Below, one piece after another: positions 1 through 14,013 of a stretch of 64,000 nucleotides of DNA. The notes beneath the pieces are model-generated. The model worked only from the letters and a program-made list of their open reading frames with translations. It was not told the origin of the DNA and searched no databases. Numbering within the stretch: position 1 is the first letter of the stretch; every line of letters starts with the position of its first letter. Source of the stretch: an uncultured Pseudomonadota bacterium (GTDB lineage: Bacteria; Myxococcota_A; Polyangia; Fen-1088); contig CAWKBC010000032.1 in the NCBI GenBank assembly GCA_963847705.1, positions 128,001-192,000 of the forward strand, written 5' to 3'. The position numbers and the translations under genes are program-made.

Positions 1-292
1 CCCGGGCGGCCAGCCACTCCACGGTCTTCTCGAGCTCCGTCAGGCTCTTGCAGGCCTCACCGGCGCGCAGGTCGAGCCGGCTGACGCCGGGCAGCCTGGC
101 GACGAGCGCCGCCACCAGCGCCTCCGTGCGCCCGTGCCTGGCCAGGCCGCCGTCGACCAGCAGCGCCACCCCCGTCGTCGAGGGCCCGAAGGCCGCCGCC
201 AGCACGTTGACGATCGTCTCGGGCGCGCAATCTCCAATCCGCACCTCGTAACGGCGCGGCCCTAGCTCGACAGGAATGATCGTATCGCTCAC
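1..292 (-). CDS. aroB: 3-dehydroquinate synthase, N-terminal part (runs off window edge)
   Basis: Hand translation from GTG at 292 gives MSDTIIPVELGPRRYEVRIG...LRAGEACKSLTELEKTVEWL (GExxKS motif); start overlaps the aroK stop; aroK-aroB synteny. Not in the ORF track. Confidence 0.9.
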   Translation of the reverse strand, partial: MSDTIIPVELGPRRYEVRIGDCAPETIVNVLAAAFGPSTTGVALLVDGGLARHGRTEALVAALVARLPGVSRLDLRAGEACKSLTELEKTVEWLAAR

Positions 293-888
293 GCGCTGTC
301 CTCTTTGTCCTGGGTTCGTCTTTCAGAGGCGTCCGGGCCGAGCCCGAGGCCTCCGAGGATCTCACCCGCCGCCTCGGCGGGCGTCTGGCGATCGGTCTCC
401 ACGCGCAGATGGGCGCGCGCGTAGAACGGCTGGCGCGCCGAGAGCAGCGCGGTGGCGGCCGCCAGCGGATCGGAGCTCCCGTCGAGCAGCGGCCGCCCCG
501 ACCGGCTCCCGGTCCGCCGCACCGCCTCGGCGGCCGAGACGGCGAGCGCCACCACCCGACCGGAGGCCAGCATCAGGGCCAGGTTCTCCTCACGGCACGC
601 CGCGCCGCCGCCGGTGGCGACCACCGACCGCCGCCCGGCCGCCGCCGTCCGCAGCGCCCCGGACTCGCGCCGCCGGAAGCCCTCTTCCCCTTCGCCGGCG
701 AAGATCTCGGCCACGGTCCGGCAGGCGGACCGCACGATCAGGTCATCGAGATCGTCGAACGACCAGCCCAGACGCTCGGCCAGGAGGCGCCCCACGGTGG
801 TCTTCCCCGAACCCATGAAGCCGATCAAAAAGATGGGGGCCTCGGGGGCGGAGGGGGGGGCCGAGCCAGGCACCACGACAGGCGACAT
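289..888 (-). CDS. aroK: Shikimate kinase
   Basis: IFLIGFMGSGKTTVGR Walker A, GEEGFRRRE, ATGGG, RPLL motifs. Confidence 0.95.
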   Translation of the reverse strand: MSPVVVPGSAPPSAPEAPIFLIGFMGSGKTTVGRLLAERLGWSFDDLDDLIVRSACRTVAEIFAGEGEEGFRRRESGALRTAAAGRRSVVATGGGAACREENLALMLASGRVVALAVSAAEAVRRTGSRSGRPLLDGSSDPLAAATALLSARQPFYARAHLRVETDRQTPAEAAGEILGGLGLGPDASERRTQDKEDSA

Positions 889-1008
889 GAGCGGGCAAAT
901 CTACCCGAAAATCCCGACCGATCGACGACGGTCCGGGTCTGACCGGCGCCAGGGGCCAAAACGAGTAAATTTTTTGCGCCCCGTCGCGTCCGGCGTTCTA
1001 CTGGAAGC

Positions 1009-1584
1009 ATGAGCGTTGAAGTAGAACGCGCGACATTGCCGTGCGGTGTCTGCGGGGCGGGCGTGACCGAGCTGCGTCGAGGACGCTGCTGGGGGTGCTA
1101 CATGCGGTGGGCGGAGTCGCGCCCGGTCGGACGGGGCGCAGCTTGCACCGTTTGCGGCGAGAAGCGACGGGCCCAGCTGAAGCTGGTCGAGCTTCAGGGG
1201 CGCAGCCTGCCGTTCTGCCACGGCTGTGCGGCGCAGGTGATGCGCCTCCCCGAGGTGCCGGTGACCGTCGAGGAGCTGCGCCAGGCCTTGCGCCGCGACC
1301 GCCGGGACGAGGACCGCCGCGGCGGCAGCAAGGTCGACCAGCGGATCTTTCCCCGCGAGCGTCGGGTGGGCGAGCGGCGCGGCCCCATGCGGGACGCCTT
1401 CGCCGACACCGATCCGCGCATCAAGCTCGCCGACGTGAACCTGGACGACGCCATCATCGAGCTCGGCGACGCCGATCTGGCCGAGGGCGATCAGACCCAG
1501 GTGCGCCGCAACCCGGCCGGCACAGCCGCAGCTGCCGCAGCCGCCGCTGCGATGACCTCCTCCGACCCCTCAGCGGAGCGGTAG
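1009..1584 (+). CDS. Hypothetical protein with four CxxC pairs (two putative zinc ribbons) and Arg-rich (D/E)RR repeats
   Basis: CGVC, CWGC, CTVC, CHGC; RDRRDEDRR, ERRVGERR; normal protein-like composition. Confidence 0.7.
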   Translation: MSVEVERATLPCGVCGAGVTELRRGRCWGCYMRWAESRPVGRGAACTVCGEKRRAQLKLVELQGRSLPFCHGCAAQVMRLPEVPVTVEELRQALRRDRRDEDRRGGSKVDQRIFPRERRVGERRGPMRDAFADTDPRIKLADVNLDDAIIELGDADLAEGDQTQVRRNPAGTAAAAAAAAAMTSSDPSAER

Positions 1585-1995
1585 CTCCACCTTCCAGCTC
1601 TTCTCCTCGCGGACGGTGTGGACCGTCTGCCGGTCGCCGGTCGCCGAGTAGACCTCGACCTCCGCCTCCGCGCCGTCACGGTGCAGCACGCGCGTCCCGG
1701 CTGGCTCCCAGGCCGGTGGCAGCCAGCCGACGGCGACCAGGTCGGAGGGAGCCAACATCCGTGCGCTGCCGGTCCGGTGGGTGGCCACCAGCAGCGCCTC
1801 GATGTGCGCCCGCGTGCGCGGCCCGAGGCGGTCGTAGACGGCGCCGCGATCGCCGGCGCGGGCGGTGGCGATGAGGGACCGCACGGCCGCCTCCGGGCTG
1901 GAGCCGTCGTCGCGGGCCCCGCAGCCGACCGCCAACCCGGTCGCCAACCCGAGCATGGCCAGCCAGGCCGGGGCCGCCAGCCGCAGACGTTTCAT
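1570..1995 (-). CDS. Hypothetical lipoprotein
   Basis: MKRLRLAAPAWLAMLGLATGLAVGC lipobox; ATG overlaps the trpS stop (ATGA). Confidence 0.7.
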   Translation of the reverse strand: MKRLRLAAPAWLAMLGLATGLAVGCGARDDGSSPEAAVRSLIATARAGDRGAVYDRLGPRTRAHIEALLVATHRTGSARMLAPSDLVAVGWLPPAWEPAGTRVLHRDGAEAEVEVYSATGDRQTVHTVREEKSWKVELPLR

Positions 1996-2978
1996 GCGCG
2001 CGCCGCGTAGAGACCGAGCCGTTCGCGCACACGCTTCATCGTCTCGGCGGCCACCTGGCGCGCCTCGGCCGCGCCGCGCGCCAGGATCGCCTCGACCCGC
2101 GCCGGATCGGCCCGCAGGGCGTCGGCGCGCGCGCGAATCTGCGCCAGCTCGGTCTTGACCCCTTCGAACAGCATCTTCTTGCAATCGATGCAGCCGATGC
2201 CGGCGGAGGTGCAGCCGGCGTGCACGGCCGCCTGCTGCGCCTGGTCGGAGAAGAACTTGTGCAGCGTGAAGATGTTGCACTTCTCCGGCGTCCCCGGATC
2301 GGTCCGCTTGACCCGCGCCGGATCGGTGGCGGCCGCGCGGAGCTTGTCCCAGATCACCTTCTCGGGCTCGGCGAGCGAGATGGTGTTGCCGAGGCTCTTC
2401 GACATCTTGGCCTGCCCGTCGAGGCCCAGGATCTTGGGTGTGCTCGAGAACAGCGGCTGCGGCTCGACGAACGTCTCGCCGAAGCGGGCGTTGAAGCGAC
2501 GGACGATCTCGCGCGCCAGCTCGAGGTGCTGGCGCTGGTCCTCACCGACGGGAACGCGCGTCGCGCCGTAGAGCAGGATGTCTGCGGTCTGCAGCACGGG
2601 ATAGGCCAGGAGACCGAGGTTGATGTTCTGCGGATGGTGCTGAGACTTGTCCTTGAACTGCGTCATCCGCTCGAGCTCGCCGAGCGGTGCCACCGACGAC
2701 AGGATCCAGCAGAGCTCGGCGTGCGCGGGGACCTCCGATTGGATGAACAGGGTCGCCTTGTCCGGATCGACGCCGCAGGCCAGGATGTCGATAGCCATCG
2801 CGCGCGCCCGACCCGGCATCTCGGCCGGTTCGTACGGCTGCGTGATGGCGTGGTAGTCGACGATGCAATAGAAGCAGCGGTACGACTCCTGGAGCGCCAC
2901 CCAGGTGCGGACCGCGCCGAGGTAATTGCCGAGGTGCAGCTCGCCCGAGGGCTGAATCCCGGAGAAAACGATCTCCAT
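1992..2978 (-). CDS. trpS: Tryptophanyl-tRNA synthetase
   Basis: MEIVFSGIQPSGELHLGNYLGA (HIGH-like), YPVLQTADIL, VPVGEDQ, KMSKS. Confidence 0.97.
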   Translation of the reverse strand: MEIVFSGIQPSGELHLGNYLGAVRTWVALQESYRCFYCIVDYHAITQPYEPAEMPGRARAMAIDILACGVDPDKATLFIQSEVPAHAELCWILSSVAPLGELERMTQFKDKSQHHPQNINLGLLAYPVLQTADILLYGATRVPVGEDQRQHLELAREIVRRFNARFGETFVEPQPLFSSTPKILGLDGQAKMSKSLGNTISLAEPEKVIWDKLRAAATDPARVKRTDPGTPEKCNIFTLHKFFSDQAQQAAVHAGCTSAGIGCIDCKKMLFEGVKTELAQIRARADALRADPARVEAILARGAAEARQVAAETMKRVRERLGLYAARA

Positions 2979-3129
2979 GGTCCCGCGTTGTTTAGACGTC
3001 ACACCGCGCGGGGTCAAGAACATCCGGGCCCGCGTCGATGGGGGGGATCGGTCGGCCTCGCGCTTGCTTAAGAGAGGATCGCGGCTTAGGTAGAGTTCAG
3101 TAGGGCGAAAACCCAACAGGAGAATGTCA

Positions 3130-3813
3130 ATGAATCGAGGGATTTGGTTGGTCTGCAGTCTTGCGCTGGGCACCGCTGCGGCGGCGTCCGGCTGCTACAT
3201 GGGCCCGCAACCGCCCCCTCCGGCCTACGTGGAGCCGGCCCCCGCGCCGGTCGCGGCCGACGACGGCACAGTCTACCCGACCACCCCTCCCCCCGATCCG
3301 ATCCCCGAATACCAGCCCCCGGCGCCCGGGTACGGCTATTCCTGGGTCAACGGGTACTGGGACTGGACCGGGGCTGAATGGGCCTGGGACACCGGCTACT
3401 GGGCGCCCTCGGACCAGGCCTACCTCTTCATCGGCCCGCGCTTCCTGTTTGTCGGTGGCCGCCCGGTCTTCTACCGCCCCTACTGGCAGGGCCCCGGCGG
3501 CTATCGCGCCTACGGCTACGGATACCGCGGCCGGGCGCCCGTGGGCGCGTGGCGCGCGCGGCCTTCGGTGGCGCCGGGCGTCTGGCGTACCCAGCACAAC
3601 GAGGGATGGCGGCGCACCCCTGGCGCGACGGCCTGGCGCGGCGCACCGGCACGCGGGCCCGAGCCGATGCGGGGCGGCAACCCTGGATTCCGCGGTGCGC
3701 CTCCGGCCGCCCGGGCAGGGGCGCCCGGCTTTCACCCGGCGCCCGCCTTTCACCCCGCCCCTGCGGCCCGCTCGGCGCCCGCCCGCGGCGGCGGTGGCCG
3801 CGTGCACCACTAG
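3130..3813 (+). CDS. YXWGXW-repeat-like Pro/Gly/Arg-rich lipoprotein
   Basis: Lipobox AASGC; PAPGYGYSWVNGYWDWTGAEWAWDTGYW. Confidence 0.75.
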   Translation: MNRGIWLVCSLALGTAAAASGCYMGPQPPPPAYVEPAPAPVAADDGTVYPTTPPPDPIPEYQPPAPGYGYSWVNGYWDWTGAEWAWDTGYWAPSDQAYLFIGPRFLFVGGRPVFYRPYWQGPGGYRAYGYGYRGRAPVGAWRARPSVAPGVWRTQHNEGWRRTPGATAWRGAPARGPEPMRGGNPGFRGAPPAARAGAPGFHPAPAFHPAPAARSAPARGGGGRVHH

Positions 3814-3825
3814 CGGCGGCGAGCA

Positions 3826-3851
3826 GCCCTCCGCGGAGGATGGGAGGGCTT
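3826..3851. terminator. Hairpin between convergent genes, possible terminator
   Basis: AGCCCTCC...GGAGGGCT 8-bp inverted repeat; no U-tract. Confidence 0.3.
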
Positions 3852-3909
3852 GGCCGCAACGCGGAGGTGAGCACGACGAACGGCGCCTCAGACGTAGGCA
3901 CCCGAAGGC

Positions 3910-5352
<1,443 letters not shown>

Positions 5353-5354
5353 GC

Positions 5355-5894
5355 TCAGAGCTCCTCGAACGTGCGCGAGCCGTTGGTGTAGATGCAGATG
5401 TCGCCGGCGATGGTCAGCGCCTGCTCGGCGATCTCCCGCGCCGACAGGGTGGTGGCGCCCAGAAGCGCGCGCGCCGCGGCCAGCGCGAAGGCGCCGCCCG
5501 ACCCGATCGCCGCCGCATCGCCGTCGGGCTCGATCACGTCGCCGGTCCCGGAAAGCATCAGCGTCTTGTGGTGGTCGGCCACCAGCAAGAGCGCCTCCAG
5601 CCGGCGCAGCACGCGATCGGTCCGCCAGTCCTTGGCCAGCTCCACGGCGGCGCGGGTGAGGTTTCCGCCGTACTCCTTGAGGCGGGCCTCGAACTTCTCG
5701 AACAGGGTGATGCCGTCGGCGGCGGAGCCGGCGAACCCGGCCACGATCCGTCCGTCGTGCAGACGCCGAATCTTGCGCGCCGACGACTTGACGACGGTGT
5801 TCCCCATCGTCACCTGACCGTCGCCGGCGAGAACGACGTGGCCACCGCGGCGGACGGCGAGAACGGTGGTCGATCGAATGCGGGGTCGTTTCAC
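5355..5894 (-). CDS. hslV: ATP-dependent protease peptidase subunit HslV
   Basis: STTVLAVRR...[28 protein letters not shown]. Confidence 0.97.
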   Translation of the reverse strand: MKRPRIRSTTVLAVRRGGHVVLAGDGQVTMGNTVVKSSARKIRRLHDGRIVAGFAGSAADGITLFEKFEARLKEYGGNLTRAAVELAKDWRTDRVLRRLEALLLVADHHKTLMLSGTGDVIEPDGDAAAIGSGGAFALAAARALLGATTLSAREIAEQALTIAGDICIYTNGSRTFEEL

Positions 5895-5904
5895 GGGCGG
5901 GGCC

Positions 5905-6837
5905 TCACTGTTTGTTTCTGGCGCGCGGGTGGCTCTTGTCGTAGACGGCCATCAGGTGGTCGATGTCGACGTGCGCGTAGCGCTGCGTGGTGCGGAGGCT
6001 GGCGTGGCCCAGCATCTCCTGGATGGCGCGCAGGTCGGCCCCCTCGCCCAGGAGGTGCGTCGCGAAGCTGTGGCGGAGCGCGTGCGGCGAGACGCGTGGC
6101 GTCCCCGAGGCGAGCTCGCGGCGGGCCAGCAACCGGCGCACGGCCCGTGGCCCGAGCCGCCGACCCCGCGCGCTCAAGAACAGCGCGTGACGATCCGCCG
6201 CCGGCGTGCCAGCCAGCCGATCGACGCGCCGCTGGAGATAGGCGTCGGTGGCCTGCTGCGCCTTGGATCCGATCGGCACGATGCGATCCTTGCGTCCCTT
6301 GCCCTGGCGCACGCGCACGATCGCGCCGGAGCCGTCCATTTCGACGTCACCCAGGTCGAGGTTGCAGGCCTCCGAGACCCGCAGGCCGGCGCCGTAGATC
6401 ACCTCGAAGAGCGCCAGCTCGAGGGCGCGCCCGCAGGCGTCGGCCCCGGCGTCGTCGGACCGCGGGCCGCCGTCGAGCAGGCGGCCGACGTCCTCCTTGC
6501 CCAGGAAGGACGGCAGCCGCTTGGCGCGCTTGGGCGCGCGCAGCGCCGCGACCGGGCTCGCCTTGCAGAAGCGGCGGCGCACGGCCAGCCGAAAGAACGC
6601 GCGCAGGGAAGAGAGCTTGCGACCGATCGTCACGGCGTCGTTCTTCCCATGGAGCGACGCAAGGTAGGAGCGGCACATGATGACGTCAAGCTCGTCGAGC
6701 GCCGGGGCGCGCCCCAGCGTCGCCACGGCATGTTCCCGGAACTCGCCGAGATCGTGCAGGTAGGCACGCACGGTGTGCTCGGAGGCCCGCTTCTCGGCGG
6801 TGAGGAATTGGCGAAACGCCGCCAGAGCTTGCTCCAT
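5905..6837 (-). CDS. xerC: Tyrosine recombinase XerC
   Basis: [42 protein letters not shown]; topA-xerC-hslVU synteny. Confidence 0.92.
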   Translation of the reverse strand: MEQALAAFRQFLTAEKRASEHTVRAYLHDLGEFREHAVATLGRAPALDELDVIMCRSYLASLHGKNDAVTIGRKLSSLRAFFRLAVRRRFCKASPVAALRAPKRAKRLPSFLGKEDVGRLLDGGPRSDDAGADACGRALELALFEVIYGAGLRVSEACNLDLGDVEMDGSGAIVRVRQGKGRKDRIVPIGSKAQQATDAYLQRRVDRLAGTPAADRHALFLSARGRRLGPRAVRRLLARRELASGTPRVSPHALRHSFATHLLGEGADLRAIQEMLGHASLRTTQRYAHVDIDHLMAVYDKSHPRARNKQ

Positions 6838-6907
6838 CGCCACGGATCGTAGCGCAGCGACCGGCAGCGTGCGAATCGGCAGATCAGATCGGATAGTCTC
6901 TGCGGGC

Positions 6908-7966
6908 GTGTCCGAGCCCGCCCCTGCCCCCTCTGCCGTCCCGTCTTCCGCCCCCTCTGCCGTCCCGTCTTCCGCTCCCTCTGCCGCCGGCTCCGCCGTC
7001 CCCCTCTGTTCGCTGTTCGGGCGTTGCGGCGGCTGCCAGCTGCAGAATCTGGCGTACGACGCGCAGCTGGCGCTCAAGACCGAGGGAATTCGTGCGCTCT
7101 TCCCCGAGGCCACCGTCGCCCCCTGCCTGCCCTCGCCGCGCCCTTACGGCTATCGTTCGAAGCTGACCCCGCACTTTCCGCGCCCGCGCGCCGATCGGCC
7201 GGTGGCGATCGGCTTCCTCCAAGTCGGCCTTCCGCGCCGGACGCTCGACGTCCCGACCTGCCCGATCGCCATGCCCGCGGTGAATGCGCGCCTCGCCGAG
7301 CTGCGCGCCGAGGTGCTCGGCCGCTGGGCCAGCTATCGCAAGGGCGCGACCCTGCTCGTGCGCGAGGCCGCCTCGGGCGTCACCGTCGATCCGCGCGCGG
7401 TGATCACCGAGGAGGTCGGCGAGCTGTCGCTGCAGTTTTTGGCCGGCGACTTCTTCCAGAACAACCCCTTCCTGCTGCCGCAGCTGGCCGCCCACGTCGC
7501 CGCCCAGGCGACGTCGGGCGGTGCCCGATTTCTCGTCGACGCATACTGCGGCAGCGGCCTCCTCGGCCTGGCGGCCGCGCCCGGCTTCGAGCGGGTGCTC
7601 GGCGTCGAGGTGAGCTCCAGCGCCGTCGGCTGGGCGCGCGCCAACGCCGCCCGCAACGGCCGCACCAACTGCGAGTTCCTGGCCGCCGACGCCGGCGCCG
7701 TCTTCGCCGCCGTCCCCTTCCCCGCCGCCGACACCGCGGTCATCGTCGATCCGCCGCGCAAGGGGTGCGGCGCTGATTTCTTGCGCCAGCTCGCCGCCTT
7801 CGCGCCGCGCACGATCGTCTACGTCTCGTGCAATCCCGAGACGCAGGCCCCCGATCTGGCGGTGCTGCGCGCGGCCGGCTACCGCTGTCTCGGGCTGCAG
7901 CCGTTCGACATGTTCCCCCAGACCCGCCACGTCGAGTGCGTGGCGACACTGGCGCGCGACGTCTGA
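6908..7966 (+). CDS. SAM-dependent RNA (uracil-5)-methyltransferase, TrmA/RlmD/RlmC family, no obvious TRAM domain
   Basis: CSLFGRCGGCQLQ Fe-S motif, FFQNN, DAYCGSG, VDPPRKG, YVSCNPET, FDMFPQTRHVE; start inferred at GTG 6908. Confidence 0.9.
   Translation: MSEPAPAPSAVPSSAPSAVPSSAPSAAGSAVPLCSLFGRCGGCQLQNLAYDAQLALKTEGIRALFPEATVAPCLPSPRPYGYRSKLTPHFPRPRADRPVAIGFLQVGLPRRTLDVPTCPIAMPAVNARLAELRAEVLGRWASYRKGATLLVREAASGVTVDPRAVITEEVGELSLQFLAGDFFQNNPFLLPQLAAHVAAQATSGGARFLVDAYCGSGLLGLAAAPGFERVLGVEVSSSAVGWARANAARNGRTNCEFLAADAGAVFAAVPFPAADTAVIVDPPRKGCGADFLRQLAAFAPRTIVYVSCNPETQAPDLAVLRAAGYRCLGLQPFDMFPQTRHVECVATLARDV
6927..6987 (+). repeat. 24-bp tandem repeat (about 2.5 copies) encoding SAVPSSAP in the methyltransferase N-terminus
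   Basis: CCCCCTCTGCCGTCCCGTCTTCCG repeated. Confidence 0.85.
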
Positions 7967-8032
7967 ATCGGCGGCCTACGCCGCCCAGCGGCGGCACGTC
8001 GTCGGGCCGGGTTCGCCTTCGGCGACGCCCTC

Positions 8033-10649
<2,617 letters not shown>

Positions 10650-10660
<11 letters not shown>

Positions 10661-11570
10661 GCGTGACCCCTGTTCGTGTAAAGACGCCGCCGGGCCCCCT
10701 CAGGATCCATCCCCCCAGCTCAGCCTCGGACAAAAGCGCAAGCGCCGCGGGCAGCGACAAGCTCAAGCGGCGAGCGACCTCGACCGCCGGCGCACCTCCG
10801 GTCAGCGCATCGATCAAAGAGACCAGCGCCGGCGGAATGGGCGTGGGCGGCCGGGCTTCGCCGGCGAGCGCGGACAGCAGTTCGGCGGCATCGCAAACCG
10901 GGCGCGCCTTGCCGCTGGCGATCAACCCGTCCGTGCCGGGGCTCCCGGGAACGGCCAGGAGGGGTCGCCCCATGGCGATCGCCAGCCGGGCGGTCACCAG
11001 GGCGCCGGACCTCGCTTGCGCCTCGACCACCAGCACCGCCTCGGCCAGCGCCGCGACGATCCGATTGCGCGACGGGAACTGTGTCCCGCGCGGCGGCGTG
11101 CCTGGTGGAAACTCGGAGAGAAGGCCCCCGGAGGCGACAATCTCGCCGAACAGTCCCGCGTGGCGGTCCGGATAGACGACGTCGACGCCGCAGCCGAGCA
11201 CCGCGAAGGTCTGAGCCCCCGCCTCGAGCGCGCCCCGGTGCGCCGCCGCGTCGATCCCCAGCGCACCGCCCGAAACGATGGTGTGGCCGTGACCGGACAC
11301 CATCGCTGCCAGCTCCTGGGTGCGGCGACAACCGGCGCGGCTGGCCGCCCGCGCGCCGACGATCGCCAGCAGTTGTTGATGACGGGCCGGATCGGGGAGG
11401 CGCCCGCGATACCAGAGCGCCGCGACCGGTCGGGCGATCCGTCGCAAAACATCCGGGAAATCAGCGTGCGAGGCCGGCGCGAGAAGGACGTCCTGGGGGT
11501 CGGCGGGCAGGGACAACGACGGCTTTGTCGGCTGGTCGACGCCCCGGTTGTGCCTCAAAAGACCCGTCAT
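10650..11570 (-). CDS. dprA: DNA processing protein DprA (Smf)
   Basis: AIVGARAAS, IVSGGALGIDAAAH, FPSRNRIVAALA, VVEAQARSGALVTA. Confidence 0.93.
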
Positions 11571-11719
11571 CGGAGCCGTTGCAGATAGCTCCGCTGGGCG
11601 GCGCGGTCAAGCAACGCGGACAGAGGACATGTAATTACGCATACTTACAGAGACCGTCGCCGCGAGCTCTGCCGGGGCGGCCCTATCGGACCCTCGAAAC
11701 GTCGACCCTGACCGGGCCT

Positions 11720-12649
11720 CTACCACCCCTCGAGCTCGCGCAAAATCGCCCCGGCGCCGCGGGCGATCAGGCGCCGGGCCACCTCGGCGCCGATGGCGCG
11801 CGCGTCGGCAGGCAGGCCGTCGACCGACTCATGGATCATCTCGGAGGCGTCGGGGCGGCCAACCAGACCCCGGAGCGTGAGGCGCTCCCCGGAGAGCGTG
11901 GCGTGCCCGGCGACCGGCGTCCGGCAGCCGACGCCGAGCCCGGCGAGGAGGGCGCGCTCCGCGGCGACCGTCACCTCGGCGGCGGCGTCCGAGAGCGCGC
12001 GGCACAGTTGCCTGACGCGCAGGTCGTCGGCGCGCGCCTCCAGCGCCAGCGCCCCCTGCCCGATCGCCGGCAGCATGCGCGCCGGATCGATCCGCTCGGC
12101 GATGCGATCGGAGAACCCCAGCCGGTCGAGACCGGCGGAGGCCAGCACCCCCGCGTCGACCACCCCCTCGGCGATCTTGCGCAGCCGGGTGTCGACGTTG
12201 CCGCGCAGGATGTCGATGGTCAGATCGCCGCGCACCGCGCGCAGCTGGCAGACGCGGCGCAGGCTGGAGGTGCCGACGCGGCTGCCGGCGGGGAGCGCGT
12301 CGAGGCCGACGCCCGAGCGGCTGACGATCGCGTCGCGCGGGTCGGCGCGCGTCGGGACGGCGACGATGGCCAGACCGGCGCGCAGCTCGGCGGGGACGTC
12401 CTTGAGGCTGTGCACCGCCACGTCGATCTCCCCCGCCGCCAGCGCCGCCTCGATCTCCTCCACCCAGGCCCCCTTCCCCTCGAGCAACACCGGCGGGCCC
12501 GACTGCGCCCGATCGCCGGCGGTGACGATGATCTTCTGGCGCACCTCGAGCGACGGGTGCGCGGCCCGCAGCAGCCGGTCGACCTCGTCCGCCTGCCAGC
12601 GCGCCAGCGCGCTGCCGCGCGTGCCGATGATCAGCGTCCCGTCGCTCAA
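11720..12649 (-). CDS. hemC: Hydroxymethylbilane synthase
   Basis: IGTRGSALARWQA, AVHSLKDVP, GTSSLRR, RGNVDTRL, GCRTPV. Confidence 0.96.
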   Translation of the reverse strand: MSDGTLIIGTRGSALARWQADEVDRLLRAAHPSLEVRQKIIVTAGDRAQSGPPVLLEGKGAWVEEIEAALAAGEIDVAVHSLKDVPAELRAGLAIVAVPTRADPRDAIVSRSGVGLDALPAGSRVGTSSLRRVCQLRAVRGDLTIDILRGNVDTRLRKIAEGVVDAGVLASAGLDRLGFSDRIAERIDPARMLPAIGQGALALEARADDLRVRQLCRALSDAAAEVTVAAERALLAGLGVGCRTPVAGHATLSGERLTLRGLVGRPDASEMIHESVDGLPADARAIGAEVARRLIARGAGAILRELEGW

Positions 12650-14010
12650 CGACCCGCCGCTTTCTTGTCCGGAACGTTTTCCACGGCCGCCGCGTCCGAC
12701 TGGTCGGCGTCCGCCTCGACGGGAGCCGCGGCGCCGATCTCCAGCGCGAACAGCCGCTGCACCGCCACCACCAGCGAGACGCCGTCGTCGGCGTCGTCGT
12801 TGCGCAGCGCCATCTGCGGGGCGTGAAGCAGCTTCTTGGCCAGCGACTCGGCCAGCTCCACGATGGCCCGCCGCTCGCGCTCACCGAGCCCGGGCATCCC
12901 CGCGACCGTGCGCGCCGCCTCGGCCTGGGCCAGGCCCAGCACGTGCGCGCGCAGCGCCGTCACCGTCGGGGCCAGCTGGCGGCCGCGCCAGGATTTCAAG
13001 AACCGGTCCAGCTCCTGGGCGACGATCGCCTCGGCGTCGGCCGCCTCGTTCTTGCGCTCGTCGCGGTGCTCGGCGGCGACCTTCTGCAGATCGTCGATGT
13101 CGGCCAGGTAGACGCCGTCGAGCTTTCCTGCCTCCGGCTCCACGTCGCGCGGCACCGCGATGTCGAGCAGGAAGAGCGGGCGGCCCCGACGGGCCCGCTG
13201 GACCTGGCGCAGCATCTCCACCGTCAACACGGGACGCTGGGCGCCAGTCGAGGCAATCACGATGTCGGCCAGGCCGAGGGCGGCGGGCAGCTCGCTCCAG
13301 TCGCTGACGGCGGCGCCGTAGCGCACGGCCATCTCGTCGGCGCGCGCGCGGGTCCGGTTGGTGACGGTCAGGGTGGCGCCGTGCGTGCGCAGCGTGCGCG
13401 CCGCCAGCTCGGACATCTTCCCTGCCCCGACCACCAGCACCTGACGCTTGTCGAAGCCGCCGAACACCTGGCGCACGAGCTCGATCGCCACCGAGCTGAC
13501 GGAGACCGGATTGCGCGCGATCGCCGTCTCGCGCCGGACGCGCCGCGCCACCCGGAACGCGCCCTGGAAGCAGGCGTTGAGGATGGCGCCCGCGCTGCCG
13601 TGGCGGCGGGCGCTCTCGTGCGCCTGCTTGGTCTGCCCCAGGATCTGCGGCTCGCCCAGCACCAGCGAATCGAGGCTGCTGGCGACGCGAAACAGGTGGG
13701 CGACCGCCTCGGCGTCGCGCCGTTCATAAAGATGCGCCCCCAGCTCGAGCGAGGTCACGCCGGCGCGGCGGGCCAGCGCCTCCCCCAACCCCTGCGCGGC
13801 GCGGTCGCCGTCCCTGTCGATGGCGGCGTAGACCTCCACCCGGTTGCAAGTCGACAACAGCGCCGCCTCCCGCACCGAAGGGAGCGCCGCCAGCTCGCCG
13901 AGCACGCTCTCCATCATCTCGGGCACGACCGCCAGCCGCTCGCGCACGCCCACCGGCGCCGTCTTGTGCGAGACGCCGAGAACGATGAGGTCGATCGTGG
14001 TGCCGCCCAT
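12646..14010 (-). CDS. hemA: Glutamyl-tRNA reductase
   Basis: STCNRVEVY, LDSLVLGEPQILGQ, GAGKM, DIAVPRDVE. Confidence 0.96.
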   Translation of the reverse strand: MGGTTIDLIVLGVSHKTAPVGVRERLAVVPEMMESVLGELAALPSVREAALLSTCNRVEVYAAIDRDGDRAAQGLGEALARRAGVTSLELGAHLYERRDAEAVAHLFRVASSLDSLVLGEPQILGQTKQAHESARRHGSAGAILNACFQGAFRVARRVRRETAIARNPVSVSSVAIELVRQVFGGFDKRQVLVVGAGKMSELAARTLRTHGATLTVTNRTRARADEMAVRYGAAVSDWSELPAALGLADIVIASTGAQRPVLTVEMLRQVQRARRGRPLFLLDIAVPRDVEPEAGKLDGVYLADIDDLQKVAAEHRDERKNEAADAEAIVAQELDRFLKSWRGRQLAPTVTALRAHVLGLAQAEAARTVAGMPGLGERERRAIVELAESLAKKLLHAPQMALRNDDADDGVSLVVAVQRLFALEIGAAAPVEADADQSDAAAVENVPDKKAAGR

Positions 14011-14013
14011 GGC

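Noticed and set aside
5905-6837. Tyrosine recombinase as a prophage or island integrase
   Set aside because: Sits in the housekeeping topA-xerC-hslVU context with no phage or cargo genes
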